This document shows positions 11,701 to 24,322 of a DNA stretch of 64,000 nt, in pieces. A program made the translations under genes and the position numbers. The first letter of the stretch is position 1; each line of letters starts with the position of its first letter. The notes under the pieces were generated by a model. The model had not been told where the DNA came from and made no database searches. It saw nothing but the letters and a program-made list of their open reading frames with translations. Origin of the DNA: Chiloscyllium plagiosum (Eukaryota); NCBI RefSeq assembly GCF_004010195.1, contig NC_057711.1, positions 72,443,175 through 72,507,174 on the forward strand, read 5' to 3'.

Positions 11701-13410
11701 CCTTTCTACAACTGAACTGCTACAGCTGGGCACCCAGTTATGGCCTGCATATTGCTCATAACAAGCACAAACCCTCAAACAATTCAGACCTCTGTATACT
11801 GTGTTTGGTTAAATGACACAGCAGCCCCTAAAGCAATGAATGTGTCATGAATGGTTCCACTAATGAAATGAAATAGCATTCGCTGATATAATGCAGGCCT
11901 AAAGTGTGCTTTCCCATTATTTTTCATAAGCCTCTGTAAGAACCAGGTTGTTAATGTTTTAAACACCACCCAGTTAACTCTTCTGTTTCTCCTGAAACAA
12001 ATTCTTCCTGACACATCTATCAAAGTTGACCGATGAATCAGTTCCTAATTGTAATAAGAAAAAATGAGACATGATTTGAAAAATCATGAAGCCTAACACT
12101 TCATGGAGTGGAGCAAAGATTCAGTTATTTGTGATCTTATTAACAGACTTCTGTGAGTGTGACAGGAATGTGTTTGCTATAGAATCACAGTTGAATAAGA
12201 CTATTATTTTTACCAGTGCTGATCTAACTGTATTGTCCACAAATAACTTCAGGGCAAACTACTTGCGTCCCAAACATCCTGGTTTAAGTAATGCTTTTTC
12301 CAGCTTTATAAAGACACTAAATTTGCCTGCAGCCACAGAAAACTGTACAGCCAAGGAGAAAGGATTAGCTGTGTTAGAATATAGAATAGAATTCACTGAA
12401 TGAATAATCAGAGCACAAGTGCACTGCTGAGAAACAGCATGGCTTTAGAAAGCTTGACGTAATTGTTATTCCTTCTTTGTGTTAGTATGAACGCTATCTC
12501 CAGGCACTAATAGTTTCAAGCAACCACAAAAGCTGCTCTTCCACTTATCCACAAAAGCATAATGGAACTCAAATTTGCTTCTTTACCTACATACATAACA
12601 CACACTTTCATTTTAATATTTAAACACTATAGCAGGAAGGACAGGTCCTTATAAATTGCAACTTTCTTTTCTGGCTCCTACTTCAGCCTCTATTAGTCAT
12701 CTGTTGAGTTTTATGTATGTGATTACATTATGCTCCTTGGGCTGTGAGATGCTGGTGTGAATTAGGTTTTTAAAAACGTTAATGCTGGAAGATCTTTCTT
12801 GAACCAGCGAGATAATCTTAAATGTACTTGTACCCGTTTTACACTCATTAACTCAATCCCATTCTGCAGTTAACAGACTGCTTACTGTGATACCCAGAGA
12901 AAGGCAATCCCATTTTGTGGATTGTTTCATTATCACACCCAGCTATTAAAAGCAGGCCAGGGTAAGCTTTATGCCAGGCAGCTGCAATGTAGCATTTACA
13001 AGGCGAGTAAAATAAAGTAAAATTAATAAAAATGGCACATAAAGAATAAAACAGGATTCTAATTTGATGAAACTGCCAATAGCTTCTGTAAGAGTTTATG
13101 GTTTTATTCACAAAACGTTGGAAATACACTTTTCATATAAATGAAATTTTAGAAATCTTAATGATAAATTGAAAACAAATGACTCATGTTTGCTGTTTAT
13201 ATAAACTGGGAGGACAATTTCTAGTACCAGTGGGTAATCCCCTTCTAGCACTTTTTCATGTACTGCCCCTTCGGTAGAAAGTCTATATCATATGAAATTA
13301 CAGATAATATTCAATATGTAATGCTAATATCCTGGCAGTACTCCAGGATAGGCCATTCTACTCAACTGTTTTATGTCTCTATATCAATATAAAATAGAAA
13401 ACTAAGTGTT

Positions 13411-13742
13411 TCATGGAATCCCTACTGTGTGGGAACAGGCCATTTGGCCCAACAAGTCCACACCAACCCTCCAAAGCGTAACCCATCCAGACCCATTCTC
13501 CCTAACTATTAATCTACATTTCCCCCGGACTAATGCACCTAACCTACACATCCCTGAACACTATGGGAAATTTAGCATGGCCGATTCACATAACCTGCAC
13601 ATCTTTGGATTGTGGGAGGAAACCCACGCAGACACAAGGAGAATGTACAAACTCCACACAGACAGTTGCCCGAGGCTGGAATTGAACTCGGGTCCCTGGT
13701 GCTGTAAGGCAGCAGTGCTAACCATTGAGCAACCATGCTATT
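13411..13742 (-). mobile_element. HE1-type V-SINE
   Basis: Reverse complement of the HE1 head, V-domain and tail. Confidence 0.9.
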
Positions 13743-13816
13743 CCACTAGGGACTTCAATGGTACTATGCTTTTAAGAGAGACATGTTCTGTGCTGTTTCT
13801 CTTCCAGAGAAATTTG

Positions 13817-14135
13817 ATTCCTTACAGTATGGAAACAGGCCCATTGGCCCAAAAAGTATACATTGACCTTCCAAAGAGTAACCCATCTGGACCCATTCCC
13901 GTACCCTATATTTGTCCCTGACTAATGCACCTAACACTATGGGCAATTTAGCATGGCCAATTCACCTGACCTGCACATCTTTTGATTTTGGGACAAAACC
14001 GGAGCACCTGGAGGAAACCCACGCAAACACGGGGAGAATGTACAACCTCCACACAGACAGTCGCCCTAGGCAGGAATTGAACCCTGTCCATGGTACTGTG
14101 AGGCAGAAGTGCTAACCACTGAGTCACCGTGCCAC
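13817..14135 (-). mobile_element. HE1-type V-SINE
   Basis: Second HE1 copy in tandem with the previous one. Confidence 0.9.
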
Positions 14136-15469
14136 GCCCTATTGATATTTCTAAGACATTTCTGTAAAGTTCTAAACTAATCAATTATCCAAACATCACT
14201 ACATCCATAAATTATCATGGTCACGCATCATTAACCCAAGACCTTATGAAGAAAACTTACACACCTTTACTCCAAAATCCTTGGCGAGAATCTTATAGGA
14301 GGTTTAAATGACATGGACTATGGTGAGATGCATGGCAGAATTGTGTGAAGGGGGTGAAGTCAATCTTAAGCTTGAGACCAACTTGTGTAATCTTTTATGC
14401 TGTTCACAAGCGATGTGGTGAATTTCTTGCTAAACAGCAGCAAGTTGCCAAATCTCCTCATTAATATTCAGCCTTCTATCTTACCAAACTCAGCAAGCAA
14501 GCTGGACATCAAGGAAACATGACATGGAACCCCAAATACGTACCAGGCCAATTTAACTTGCTGCTTGCTCTGAAGGAACTCCATATTGGACACAGGACAC
14601 CTACATGTGGGGACACACTCCATGTGCGCCTAGCCAAATGTCCAATATCTGCCAAACTCACAGAACCAACTTGACATGTCTATGATCAGGGTGTTTTTGC
14701 ACATCATTGCCCTGGCTTGAGCTGTGCGAATAACTACCACTCTAATGCAGTTGTAAAGGATATTGCGTCCAGGGACAATGCACCCCGCTCCTGTACTCGA
14801 CCAGGCTGCATCTCTGTGCTCTTTGCACACTCATTCTGAATTTACCTAGATGCTCAACTTTCCTGTTTCACATTGTTGTGTCGTACATTTTTGTGCTTTG
14901 TCCCTCAGCCAGAGATATGAAGCTCATTCTATGTCTGTTTGCCTTACCGTTTAATGCAGACATAAAGGAAAGAAGCTTGACCTGATTGTGAACTGGACTC
15001 TGTCAAGTCAAGGGGAGAGTTTTTGCTGAGGAGGTACCAAAACAATCAGTCAAAGGCAGTCTCTGATACCAGCTCAGGGATTTGGACACAGTCAGTCAAC
15101 CGCTTGGGGCTGTCAGTCAGGATCCTCTCTGCATTTGGGATAAGGAGCTGAATGTCAGGCAGCCCACCATCTGTGCTGACTCTTTCTGCCTGTTGGGGGC
15201 TGTTTTCCTGTTGGAATGAAAGTATCAGGTACTAAGCGAGATGAAAGTGAGTGGCACAGAGGTATTTTTGTTGCAAGAGGGGAGGTTTCCCAAGAGTGTG
15301 TGTCATCAATGCAGAGAGTTTGCAGGATTAGTGCTGTAAGGCGTTGGGGTGAGCAACAATGAATGAGGGATATGTTGCAGATAATAGCGAGAGTGGCAGA
15401 GCATATACCTTGGTGGGAGGTAGACACTTTAGCAGACTTATCGTGAGTGTAAAGCATTGGAGAGGAGAT

Positions 15470-16080
15470 GGTTGGATATATGTTGGTGGAGTAGAGAAAG
15501 TTGTTGACTTTCTTCCTAAAATGCTAGCGATTCCTCTAGATAGCTGAAAGCACTTTAGACCCAGTGGCAATCTCAGACCGGACTGACATGGTCTGGCTTC
15601 GTGGCCTTGACTGCTACTCCTGAGGAGTGAGGAAGTCATAGAGTCGTAGAGATGTACAGCATGGAAACAGACCCTTCGGTCCAACCCGTCCATGCCGACC
15701 AGGTATCCCAACCCAATCTAGTCCCACCTGCTAGCACCTGGCCTATATCCCTCCAAACCCTTCCTATTCATATATACTCATCCAAATGCCTCTTAAGTGT
15801 TACAATTGTGTCAGCCTCCACCACTTCTTCTGGCAGCTCATTCCATACCCATACCACCCTCTGTGTGAAAATGTTGCCCCTTAGGTCTCTTTTATATCTT
15901 TCCCCTCTGACCCTAATCCTATGCCCTCTAGTGCGAGACTCCCTGACCCCAGGGAAAAGGTTTTGCCTATTTACCCTATCCATGCCCCTCATAATTTTGT
16001 AAACCTCTATAAGGTCAGCCCTGCCTGCATACCACCCCATTCCACAGGACTTCCAGGATCATGCCTGAAAAGCAGGATCC
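15470..16080 (-). pseudogene. Harbinger-type Myb/SANT-like ORF remnant, split by a CR1
   Basis: CFSGMILEVLWNGVVCRQG [CR1] FLTPQE*QSRPRSQTMSVRSEIAT...HFRKKVNNFLYS follows the Myb/SANT pattern (RFS..LEVL...W.EIA...QCRKKVNDL); in-frame stops. Confidence 0.55.
15635..16018 (-). mobile_element. CR1 LINE 3' end
   Basis: DLIEVYKIMRGMDRV...RGNIFTQRVV followed by the CR1 tail. Confidence 0.9.
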
Positions 16081-17147
16081 TGGAAGTCTGCCTTGTCTAG
16101 AGCGAATGTCTGGAACCGTGCAGGACAGCTCTGGATTGACAGTGCTTATCTGGTTGCACAACAGACACCTAAAGATGTCACGGCAGCAAGAGGTGCTGGT
16201 GAACTCTGGGAATCCAGTGAATGGTGTACAGTTCAGAGAACGACACACGGAAGATGCAACTGGAGTCAGACATGATGGCTACCACAGGGGCATTGTCGGT
16301 AGTTAATTAAACAAATTTGTTAAAATACGTTGGAGAGCTTGCTAGGCCACGTAGCAAAAAAAAACACTCCAATAAACTCAGTGTAAGTTGGGCTTTATCA
16401 AAATAATATAACATTCAACCCAGTGTTTCTGAAACTGAACATTGATTCTTGCAGCATGAAGACAACACAGAGTCGGAATTGATGATGAAGGTTATATTGC
16501 ACTCTTATGGAAGGCCTGAACAATTCACTTGTATTACCATCTCTCATGAATTATTGTCTCTTCAATATAACCTGTACCACCTCAATCCCTTTTGAGTTGC
16601 TTATTTCATGTAAGCCCAGATAAACAATAAAATATTTACCTCTTTGTTTTCTTTTATTATTAAAATGTAATACATTTTAACACAAAACACGAGCTGTGTA
16701 GTTTTTGATATTTATATTCCTTTTAATGTATCTGCAGTGGGCCGATGTTGAAATATTTCAAGATAGCAGAGAGAAATCAAGGAACAATCCAGTGACCTTT
16801 TACTGCCTGATACCTTCTGGTTTGACTGATAATCAAAAGACTGAATGGTGCAAAACCCAGAAATTGTGTTCAGTCACTTCCAGCAATTACTGCATCTTAT
16901 TGATAACTTGCAGCTCTATTCACCAAATGACATCAATGGAACAAAACCTGTCACAGATCAGGCCAAATCCATTAAATGGGCTGGTTAAAACATCCCAGAC
17001 TGCACATTGAAAACTTTCTGCATAAAATGTGTGACCTGCTGCTGGACAGTTTCACTGAGCATGCGCTCCAAGGCTTTTATTTGAGAAAGGAAATGGATGG
17101 CTTTTCATTTGATGACTAAATTAACTAAAAAATGCTCGTAAAACTAG

Positions 17148-17273
17148 TTATGATGTGAAGGTGCTGTTGTTGGATTGGGGTGGACAAAGTTCAAAATCAC
17201 ACAACCCCAGGTTATAGTCCAACGATTTATTTGAAAGCACAAGCTTTTGGAGCCCTGTTTCTTTGTCAGGTAG
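17148..17273 (-). mobile_element. PLE terminal fragment, family B, with decayed hammerhead at 17241-17269
   Basis: Antisense homolog of 19531-19620. Confidence 0.7.
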
Positions 17274-17317
17274 TTAGTGTCTTACGTTAGTGCAAAAGTG
17301 ACAAACTGTAGTGTCCT

Positions 17318-18830
17318 TCATAGAATTTCTACAGTGCAGAAAGAGGTTATTTGGCCCATTGAGTTTGCACTGACTCTTCGTAGGGTATGTGGAACAATCC
17401 ATCTTCCGCAACTACACTGGCCCCACCCCCCATCTTTTCCTTCGCTACATTGATGACTGTATCGGCGCTACCTCGTGCTCCCACGAGGAGGTTGAACAGT
17501 CCATCCACTACACTAACACCTTCCACCCCGACCTCAAATTCACCTGGACAGTCTCGGACTCCTCCCTCCCATTCCTAGACCTTTCTGTTTCTATCTCAGG
17601 CGACCGAATCAACACGGACATCTACTACAAACCAACCGACTCCCACAGCTACCTAGACTACACCTCCTCCCATCCTGCCCCCTGTAAAAACGCCATCCCA
17701 TTCTCCCAATTCCTTCGTCTCCGCCGCATCTGCTCCCAGGAGGACCAGTTCAAAATACGTACAACACAGATGGCCTCCTTCTTCAAGGACCGCAATTTCC
17801 CCCCCAACGTGGTCGACGGTGCCCTCCACCGCATCTCCTCCACTTCCCGCTCCCCCGCCCTTGAGCCCCGCCCCTCCAACCGCCACCAGGACAGAACCCC
17901 ACTGGTCCTCACCTACCACCCCACCAATCTCCATGTACAGCGCATCATCCGCCGTCACTTCCGCCACCTCCAAACAGACCCCAGCACCAAGGATATATTT
18001 CCCTCCCCACCCCTATCAGCTTTCCGTAGAGACCACTCCCTCCGCGACTCCCTTGTCAGACCCACACCCCCCACCGACCCAACCACCACTCCCGACACCT
18101 TCCCTTGCAACCGCAGGAGGTGCAACACTTGCGCAGTACTTACGAGGCACATATTTATATGTACAGAAACAGACACATACCACCACGTGAGGCCAGGGTG
18201 TTGCCATCGTATGAGAAGCTAAGACAGGAGGTGTCACTGCCAGGAGCATGTGCCTGTCGATTATGAAACTTCGTATGAACCTATGGTATGAATGAACAAA
18301 GATTAACAGAACATAATCAGAACATCAGCCACAGCTGTCTGCTCAACATCTGCTTCAAACATGACTGTACACGATCAGAGGCATCATACCCGAGATTTCC
18401 TTCATGCTCAAACAGCAATGTCCGACAGAGGCATCCCCAGGAGATCACTCTGTGAAACTCAAGCTGGCTTGTCTGACTTATTGGTCTGAATTTTTCAAAC
18501 AAACAACCTAGCCAAGCTTTCAATTCACCCCGACTCCCCAAAATCCACCATCTATATGACCTGCTGTGCTGTTCCAGCAATAAAGTTTCATCTCTGAAAA
18601 GTCCCCATTACCCTGCATTTCCACCTAGCTTGCACATTATGGGGCAATTTACCACAGCTAAACCACCTAACTTGCATGTATTTGGACTGTGGAAGGGAAG
18701 TGGAGTACTCAGCGGAAACCCACACAGACACAGAGGGAATATACAAACTCCACACAGTCACCAGGGTTGGGATTGAACCCAGGTCCATCGTCCTGTGAGG
18801 CAGTCAGCTAACCATTGAGCCACTATTCCA
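17318..18830 (-). mobile_element. HE1-type SINE split in two (17318-17378 and 18591-18830) by a PLE insertion
   Basis: The SINE tail stops at ctgactct and the body resumes at tctctgaaaag, running through the V-domain and tRNA head. Confidence 0.75.
17379..18134 (+). mobile_element. Young Penelope-like (Neptune-type) reverse transcriptase fragment
   Basis: Open frame with RYIDD, YYKPTDSHSYL, IPFSQFLRLRRICS, PLVLTYHP and the Cys linker PCNRRRCNTC; the GIY-YIG domain is missing. Confidence 0.92.
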
Positions 18831-19530
18831 TCCTTAAATGTCCTTACTTTACACATATGTTGGTCAAATCCATGGAAAGATTCAATATTTTTCAGTGTGG
18901 GGAAGCTGACAAATGCTGTAGCTATCACATCATCGCATGGGTAGAATTTAGCTGATCCACTTATTTATGCAAGCCTCACTTTCTCCAAAACCCAGTGGAT
19001 GTCTATTCATAAGTAGCTGCATAGCCAAGTGACAGAATAACATAGAATTCTACTGCACAGTCACAGTAAATAAGGTAAGAGGAAATCTTAGTAGCCCTGC
19101 TCTGGAAAGATAGAACTCTGACAGGGTGAATGAAGAACAACTACCAGGGTCCTCAAATTTGAATAATGAAGGCAATCATTTGATTGTGGTGGAAAGTGAT
19201 TTATTCTCACTCACAATCACTTAGAAGCAAGCTGTCATATTTCAGGTTTTCTGATGAGTCACTTCTACTACAGATCCTGAAAGGCAGAACTGAACTCACA
19301 ACAATTTTGCTGCAGCTACCTTGGACTCTAAGTTAAACTTCTGATGAAGACTCATTCAAAATATTTAAATTTCGAAAGTGACTAGGACAGAAAGAGCCCT
19401 GACTAAAAATGCCAATCAGTTCAAAGGAACTGAAATCTCACCTTTAGAACTGGAAAAAAAAGTTGAGAAAGCAAGAAGTTCAGGTAAAGAAGCAAGGGTT
19501 TCAGTTGAAAGAGCAAGTGCCTGAGCTCTT

Positions 19531-19620
19531 AACTAATGAAGGAGCAGTGCTCCGAAAGCTAGTGCTTCCAATTAAACCTGTTGGACTATAACCTGGTGTT
19601 GTATGATTTTAAACTTTGTA
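19531..19620 (+). mobile_element. PLE terminal fragment, family B, with hammerhead motif at 19533-19561
   Basis: CTAATGA-A-GGAGC-AGT-GCTCC-GAAA-GC-TA; one G-to-A change in the core. Confidence 0.75.
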
Positions 19621-20387
19621 AACTTTTAAATCTTCCATTGAATATGTAGGCCATGTCATTGATCTAAAGGATTATACAAGTCATCTTCAAAAGTAAATGA
19701 CGTAACTGATGCACCTGCACTGAAAAACGTAAGCCAATTACAATCATTTTTAGGTTTGCTAAATTGCTACAGCAGGTTTGTCTCAAATCTTGTAACCATT
19801 CTCAAGCCATTGTGCGATGTATTATGCCAAAACAAGAATTGAAAGTGGGAAGATTAATGTGCAAGAACTTTTAAACAAGCCAAAGAAGTTTTATTAAATT
19901 CAGAACTCCTGACCCATTTCGATCCAAAGTTACTGTTGCAATTAGCACATGGTGTACTACCAAATGGAGTGCAGACAGTCACATATTGCCCAATGGTAAA
20001 CAGAAGCCAATAATATTTGCATCAAGATTATTAAACAAAGCAGAACTGAGAAATTAGAGTTAGAGAAACAGGATCTAGGAATCAGTTTTAGCATTAAGAA
20101 ATCCACCAATACCTTTATGGATAGGAATTTACCCTACTAACAGACTACAGACTACTGATCATAATATTTGACAGACAGAGATACCTTCTCAAAAAGTGAA
20201 CTGTACACTGAGTTCGATGTTGTTACTATCAGCTCATACTTGTACAATTAAGTATCAGCAATCCAAGTTACATGGTAATGCTGAGAAGGTCTCGAGGTTT
20301 CCTTTGTCAAATGAATTGACGACAAACAGTTCTTACGTAGTCATTTTCTGCTTTGAACAAGTAGAGCACACTATGATAAAAATAATT

Positions 20388-20996
20388 TTTATTCAATCAT
20401 GAGACATGGGCACCATTGGTTTGGCTACCGTTTAGTGCCCATTCTTAGTTGCCCTTGAGAAGATTGTTGTGAACTACCTTCTTGAACTGTGGAAGTATGT
20501 GTTTTGTAGGTAGATGCACAATGTTATTAGGGAGGGAATTCCAAGATTTTAACCCTGTGACAGTGAAGGCACAGCAAGTTTCTTCAGTGCTTCCTGTAGA
20601 TAGTACATGCCGCTGCATACTGAGTGCTGATGGTGGAAGGAGTGGCTGTTTGTGGATGTGGTGCCAATCAAGTGGGTTGCTTTGTCCTGGATGGTGTCAA
20701 ACTTCTTGAGTGTTGTTAGAGCTGCCCCCATCCAGGTAAGTGGGGAGTATTCCATCACACTCCTGATTGTGCCTTGGAGATGGTGCCCAGGGTTTGGGGA
20801 ATCAATAGGTGAGTTACTTGCCACAGTATTTCTAGCCTTTGACCTGCTCTTGTAGTCACTGTATTTGCAGGATGAGTCTAGTTGAGTTTTCGGCCAATGT
20901 TAACCTCAAGGATGTTGATAGTAGGGCTTTCAGTGACAGTAACACCATTGAATGTCAATGGGTAAAGGATGGATTGTCTATTGTTGGAGACGATAG
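20388..20996 (-). mobile_element. CR1/L2-group LINE 3' fragment nested in the Gypsy remnant
   Basis: IRSVMEYSPLTWMGAALTTLKKFDTIQDKATHLIG; same family as 8330-9280. Confidence 0.8.
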
Positions 20997-21330
20997 TTAA
21001 TGGTAGGTATCTTTTCCGTGAGATAGTGGATTTCAAGACTAGGGAGCATATTTTTAAGGTGTGAGAAGAGAGATATTTAAAAAAGATATGAGGGGCAATT
21101 TTTTCACACAGAGGGTAGTTCATGAATAGAGTGAATTACCTGAAGAAGTGATGGATATGGACAGAGTTACATTTAAAAGACAATAAGATAACTACATGAA
21201 TAAGAAAGGTTTGGGGGATATGTGCCAGGAGCAGCCAGGTGAGATTAGTTTACTTTGGAATTAAATTTGGCAATGACTTGTTGGACCGAAGGGTCTGTTT
21301 CTGTGCTGTTTGACTCTACAACTTTATGAT
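20997..21330 (+). mobile_element. CR1 3' end nested in the preceding LINE
   Basis: gggcaatttttttcacacagagggt...gggtctgtttctgtgctg followed by the tail. Confidence 0.85.
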
Positions 21331-22078
21331 CAGTGCCTGGTGTTATGTGGCAAAGTTAAGAAGGAAATGAAAAATGATCCACTACCAGCAAAAGTGATGA
21401 ACATGGTACTTAGGATCACAGGAACAGTCCTAGACGTGAAGCCATTTGTCACATGGAAGCGAGAACCATCAGTACAAGCAAGATGTCTCCTATGGTCATC
21501 ATTCCACCACAGCTAAGCAAATGTGTGTTAAATCAATGACATGAACATCACTGCGGATTGCCAAAATGAAGAAGATAGCCAGAAGCTATTTTTGATGGCC
21601 GGGGGCTGACTCCAAAATTGAGAAGAAGATAGGAATATGTGCAACTTGCGCAAAGTTTGCAACCTACCTCCATTAGTGTCATTGCACCCATGAGAATGGC
21701 ATGAAAATCCATGGTAAATAATCATATTGACTATGCCAGACTTTTGGAGGGCAGGTCAGAATTTTAGTCAAATATCTTCAAGATCAAGTGAGAGAAGCAG
21801 ATTGGTGTTATTAACCAGGACAGGTAGCTATAGATGTCCTTGACTAAGTTGCACTTTGGCGTCTTACCAGCTAGACTTTAAAAGAGTGACCAGCGTTATG
21901 TAGCCATTTATGTTCCTACATCTGAAAAGACTCATGGGGTTATGGTGGTTTTGACCAAAGTGTGACAAAAGACATTTGTTAATGTTCTGTATAACAGGCT
22001 TATCAACAAAGTTGAAGCTGATAAAGGGTTAATGGCTGAAATAAAAGCAGAATCCAAGATAGAGGAAGGGAAAAATTA

Positions 22079-23860
22079 TGGCTGTAAGAGCCATACCTTT
22101 TTGAGGTATTTTCAGTGTTGGAGCTGACTCTAGGAGGAGTAATTGCTGTTTTGTAAGCTATTGCATTGGTTTGGAAATTTTAAAATCAAAACAATGGCTC
22201 TTTAAAAAAGGAGGAAGACAGACAAAGGCAATGACCACATCAGCAGTGATTCAAACAGAGAAAGAAACTGACACTACTGTCTGACCCAGCAGTAACCTGC
22301 ACAGCTGCTGCCCTGCTGTCTGCTTTCAAGGGTCTCTGGACATCAGAGTTCATTCTAAGAAAAAAAATAACAGCAAAATTCACAGCTGACCTTGGAGAAA
22401 CCTGTGTGTGGGAGCTCACAGCGGGGAAGCAGCTAAGTGGCTTTTTAAAGTGTAACCTTATTGTTTTTAATCTATCATAGTGAGCAGAGTGGGTTTCTTC
22501 TATTATATGTTTTTATTGAGATCTGTCTCTTGATTAAACTTTAAAAATATAAAAACATGGGTACAATGGTAGCCTGGAGCAGTGTTTTTAGAGCAGTAAG
22601 TCTGTTATTTTCTGGATCTGCAGTTTGTTAAGGTGCAAAGATAATGAGGAATGTGATCAGTCGGAGACTGGGACAGTTGGGAAAAAGAGTAAGTCAAACA
22701 GATAGGGCAGGCAGGAACAAAGTAGAGAACAAGGACTGATGAATTAAATTGAATTTATTTCAATGCAAGAGGCCTAACAGGGAAGGCAGATAAACACAGG
22801 GCATGGTTAGGAACATGGGACTGGGTATCAAAGCAATTACAGAGATGTGGCTCAGGGGTGGACAGGGCTGGCAGCTTAATGTTCTAGGGGATAGATGCTA
22901 TAGGAAGGGTAGAAACGGGGGTGAGGGGAGGAGGCGTGGTGTTTTTGATTCGGGATAACATTATGGCTGTTTTTAGGGAGGATATTCCTGGGAATACATC
23001 CAAGGATGTTATTTAGGTGAGAGAGAGAAATAAGAAAACGATGATCACATTTTTGGGATTGTACTTAGATCCCTTAATATCCAATTATCCACGGGAAATT
23101 GAGAAACAGATTTGTAAGGAGAAATCAGTTATCTGTACAAATAATAGGGTGGTTATGGTAGGGGATTTTAACTTTTCAAATAGACTGGGACTGCCATAGA
23201 GTTAAGGGCTTGCTTGAATGGCATGAAATTTGTTAAGGATGTACAAGAAAAGTTTCTGATTCAGTATGTGGATGTACCTACTGGAGAAAGTGCAAAACCT
23301 GACCTACTCTTGGGAAATAAGGCAGGGCAGGTGACTGAGATCTCAGTGGGGGAGCACTTTGGGGCCAGCGACCATAATGCTATTAGTTTTAAAATAGTGA
23401 TAGAAAAGGATAGACCAGGTCAAAAGAATGAAGTTCTAATTTGGAGGAAGGCCTATTTTGACAGTATTAGGCAAGAACTTTCAAAAGCTGACTGGGGTTA
23501 GATGTTTGCAGGTAAAGGGACAGCTAAAATTTGGGAAGCCTTCAAAAATGAGATAACAAGTGTCCAGAGACAGTAGGTTCCTGTTAGGGTGAAAGGCAAG
23601 GCTGGAAGGTGCCGGGAATCAAGGTTTTGATCAAGAAAAAGAAGGAATCATATGTCAGGTATAGACAGCAGAAATCAAGTGATTCCCTAGACGAGTGGAA
23701 AAGCAGTAGGAGTACACTTAAGAGGGAAATCAGGAGGGCAAAAAGGAGACATGATATAGCTTTGGCAAATAGAGTTCAGGAGAATCCAAAGGGATTCTAT
23801 AAATACATTGAGGACAAAAGAGTAACAAGGGAGAGAATAGGGCCCCTTAGAGATCAGCAA
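22079..23860 (+). mobile_element. CR1 5' portion (5' UTR plus endonuclease) lacking ORF1
   Basis: 5' UTR homologous to 52329-52655; endonuclease motifs VGDFNF and EHFGASDHN. Confidence 0.85.
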
Positions 23861-23868
23861 GATTACCT

Positions 23869-24322
23869 ATAGAACATAGAACATAGAACATTACAGTGCA
23901 TTACAGTGCAGTACAGGCTTTTCGGCCCTCGATGTGGCGCCACCCTGTCATACTACCTCTGACATCTGTCACCATCTATTTCCCTACAGTCTATATCTTC
24001 CATATCCTTTTCCACAGTAAATACTGTTGCAAAATATTCATTTAGTATCTCCCCCATTTTCTGCGGCTCCACACAAAGGCCACTTTGCTGATCTTTGAGG
24101 GGCCCTATTCTCTCATAGTTTCCCTTTTATCCTTTATGTATTTGTAAAAACTCTTTGGATTCTCCTCAGTTCTATTTGCCAAAGCTATATCATGTCCTCT
24201 TTTTGCCCTCCTCATTTCCCTCTTAAGTATACTCCTACCAGGTTAATTTAGGATATCTGGTCGGCATGGACAAGTAGGACCAAAATGTTTGTTTCCATGC
24301 TGTACATCTCTATCATTCTATG
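23869..24322. mobile_element. Composite of three CR1 pieces: minus 3' tail (23869-23960), minus ORF2 piece (23961-24239), plus 3' tail (24240-24322)
   Basis: (atagaac)n tail; 23961-24239 is the reverse complement of the ORF2 linker seen at 1485-1752. Confidence 0.8.

Larger units (their letters stand above)
19640..21750 (+). mobile_element. Decayed Gypsy LTR-retrotransposon pol (RT, RNase H, integrase start), interrupted at 20388-21350
   Basis: KNVSQLQSFLGLLNCYSRF, PIIFASRLLNKAE, TIKYQQSKLHGNAEKVSRFPL, KNDPLPAKVM, SVQARCLLW, LHP*EWHENPW*IIHIDYA. Confidence 0.85.

Noticed and set aside
13406..13921. 171-aa ORF and similar recurring peptides (TCTSLDCGRKPEH, GDCLCGVCTFSP)
   Set aside because: Spurious translations of HE1 SINE copies.
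19251..19380. CTGATGA boxes at 19251 and 19341 (also near 43350) as further hammerheads
   Set aside because: No paired helix II followed by GAAA at the right distance.
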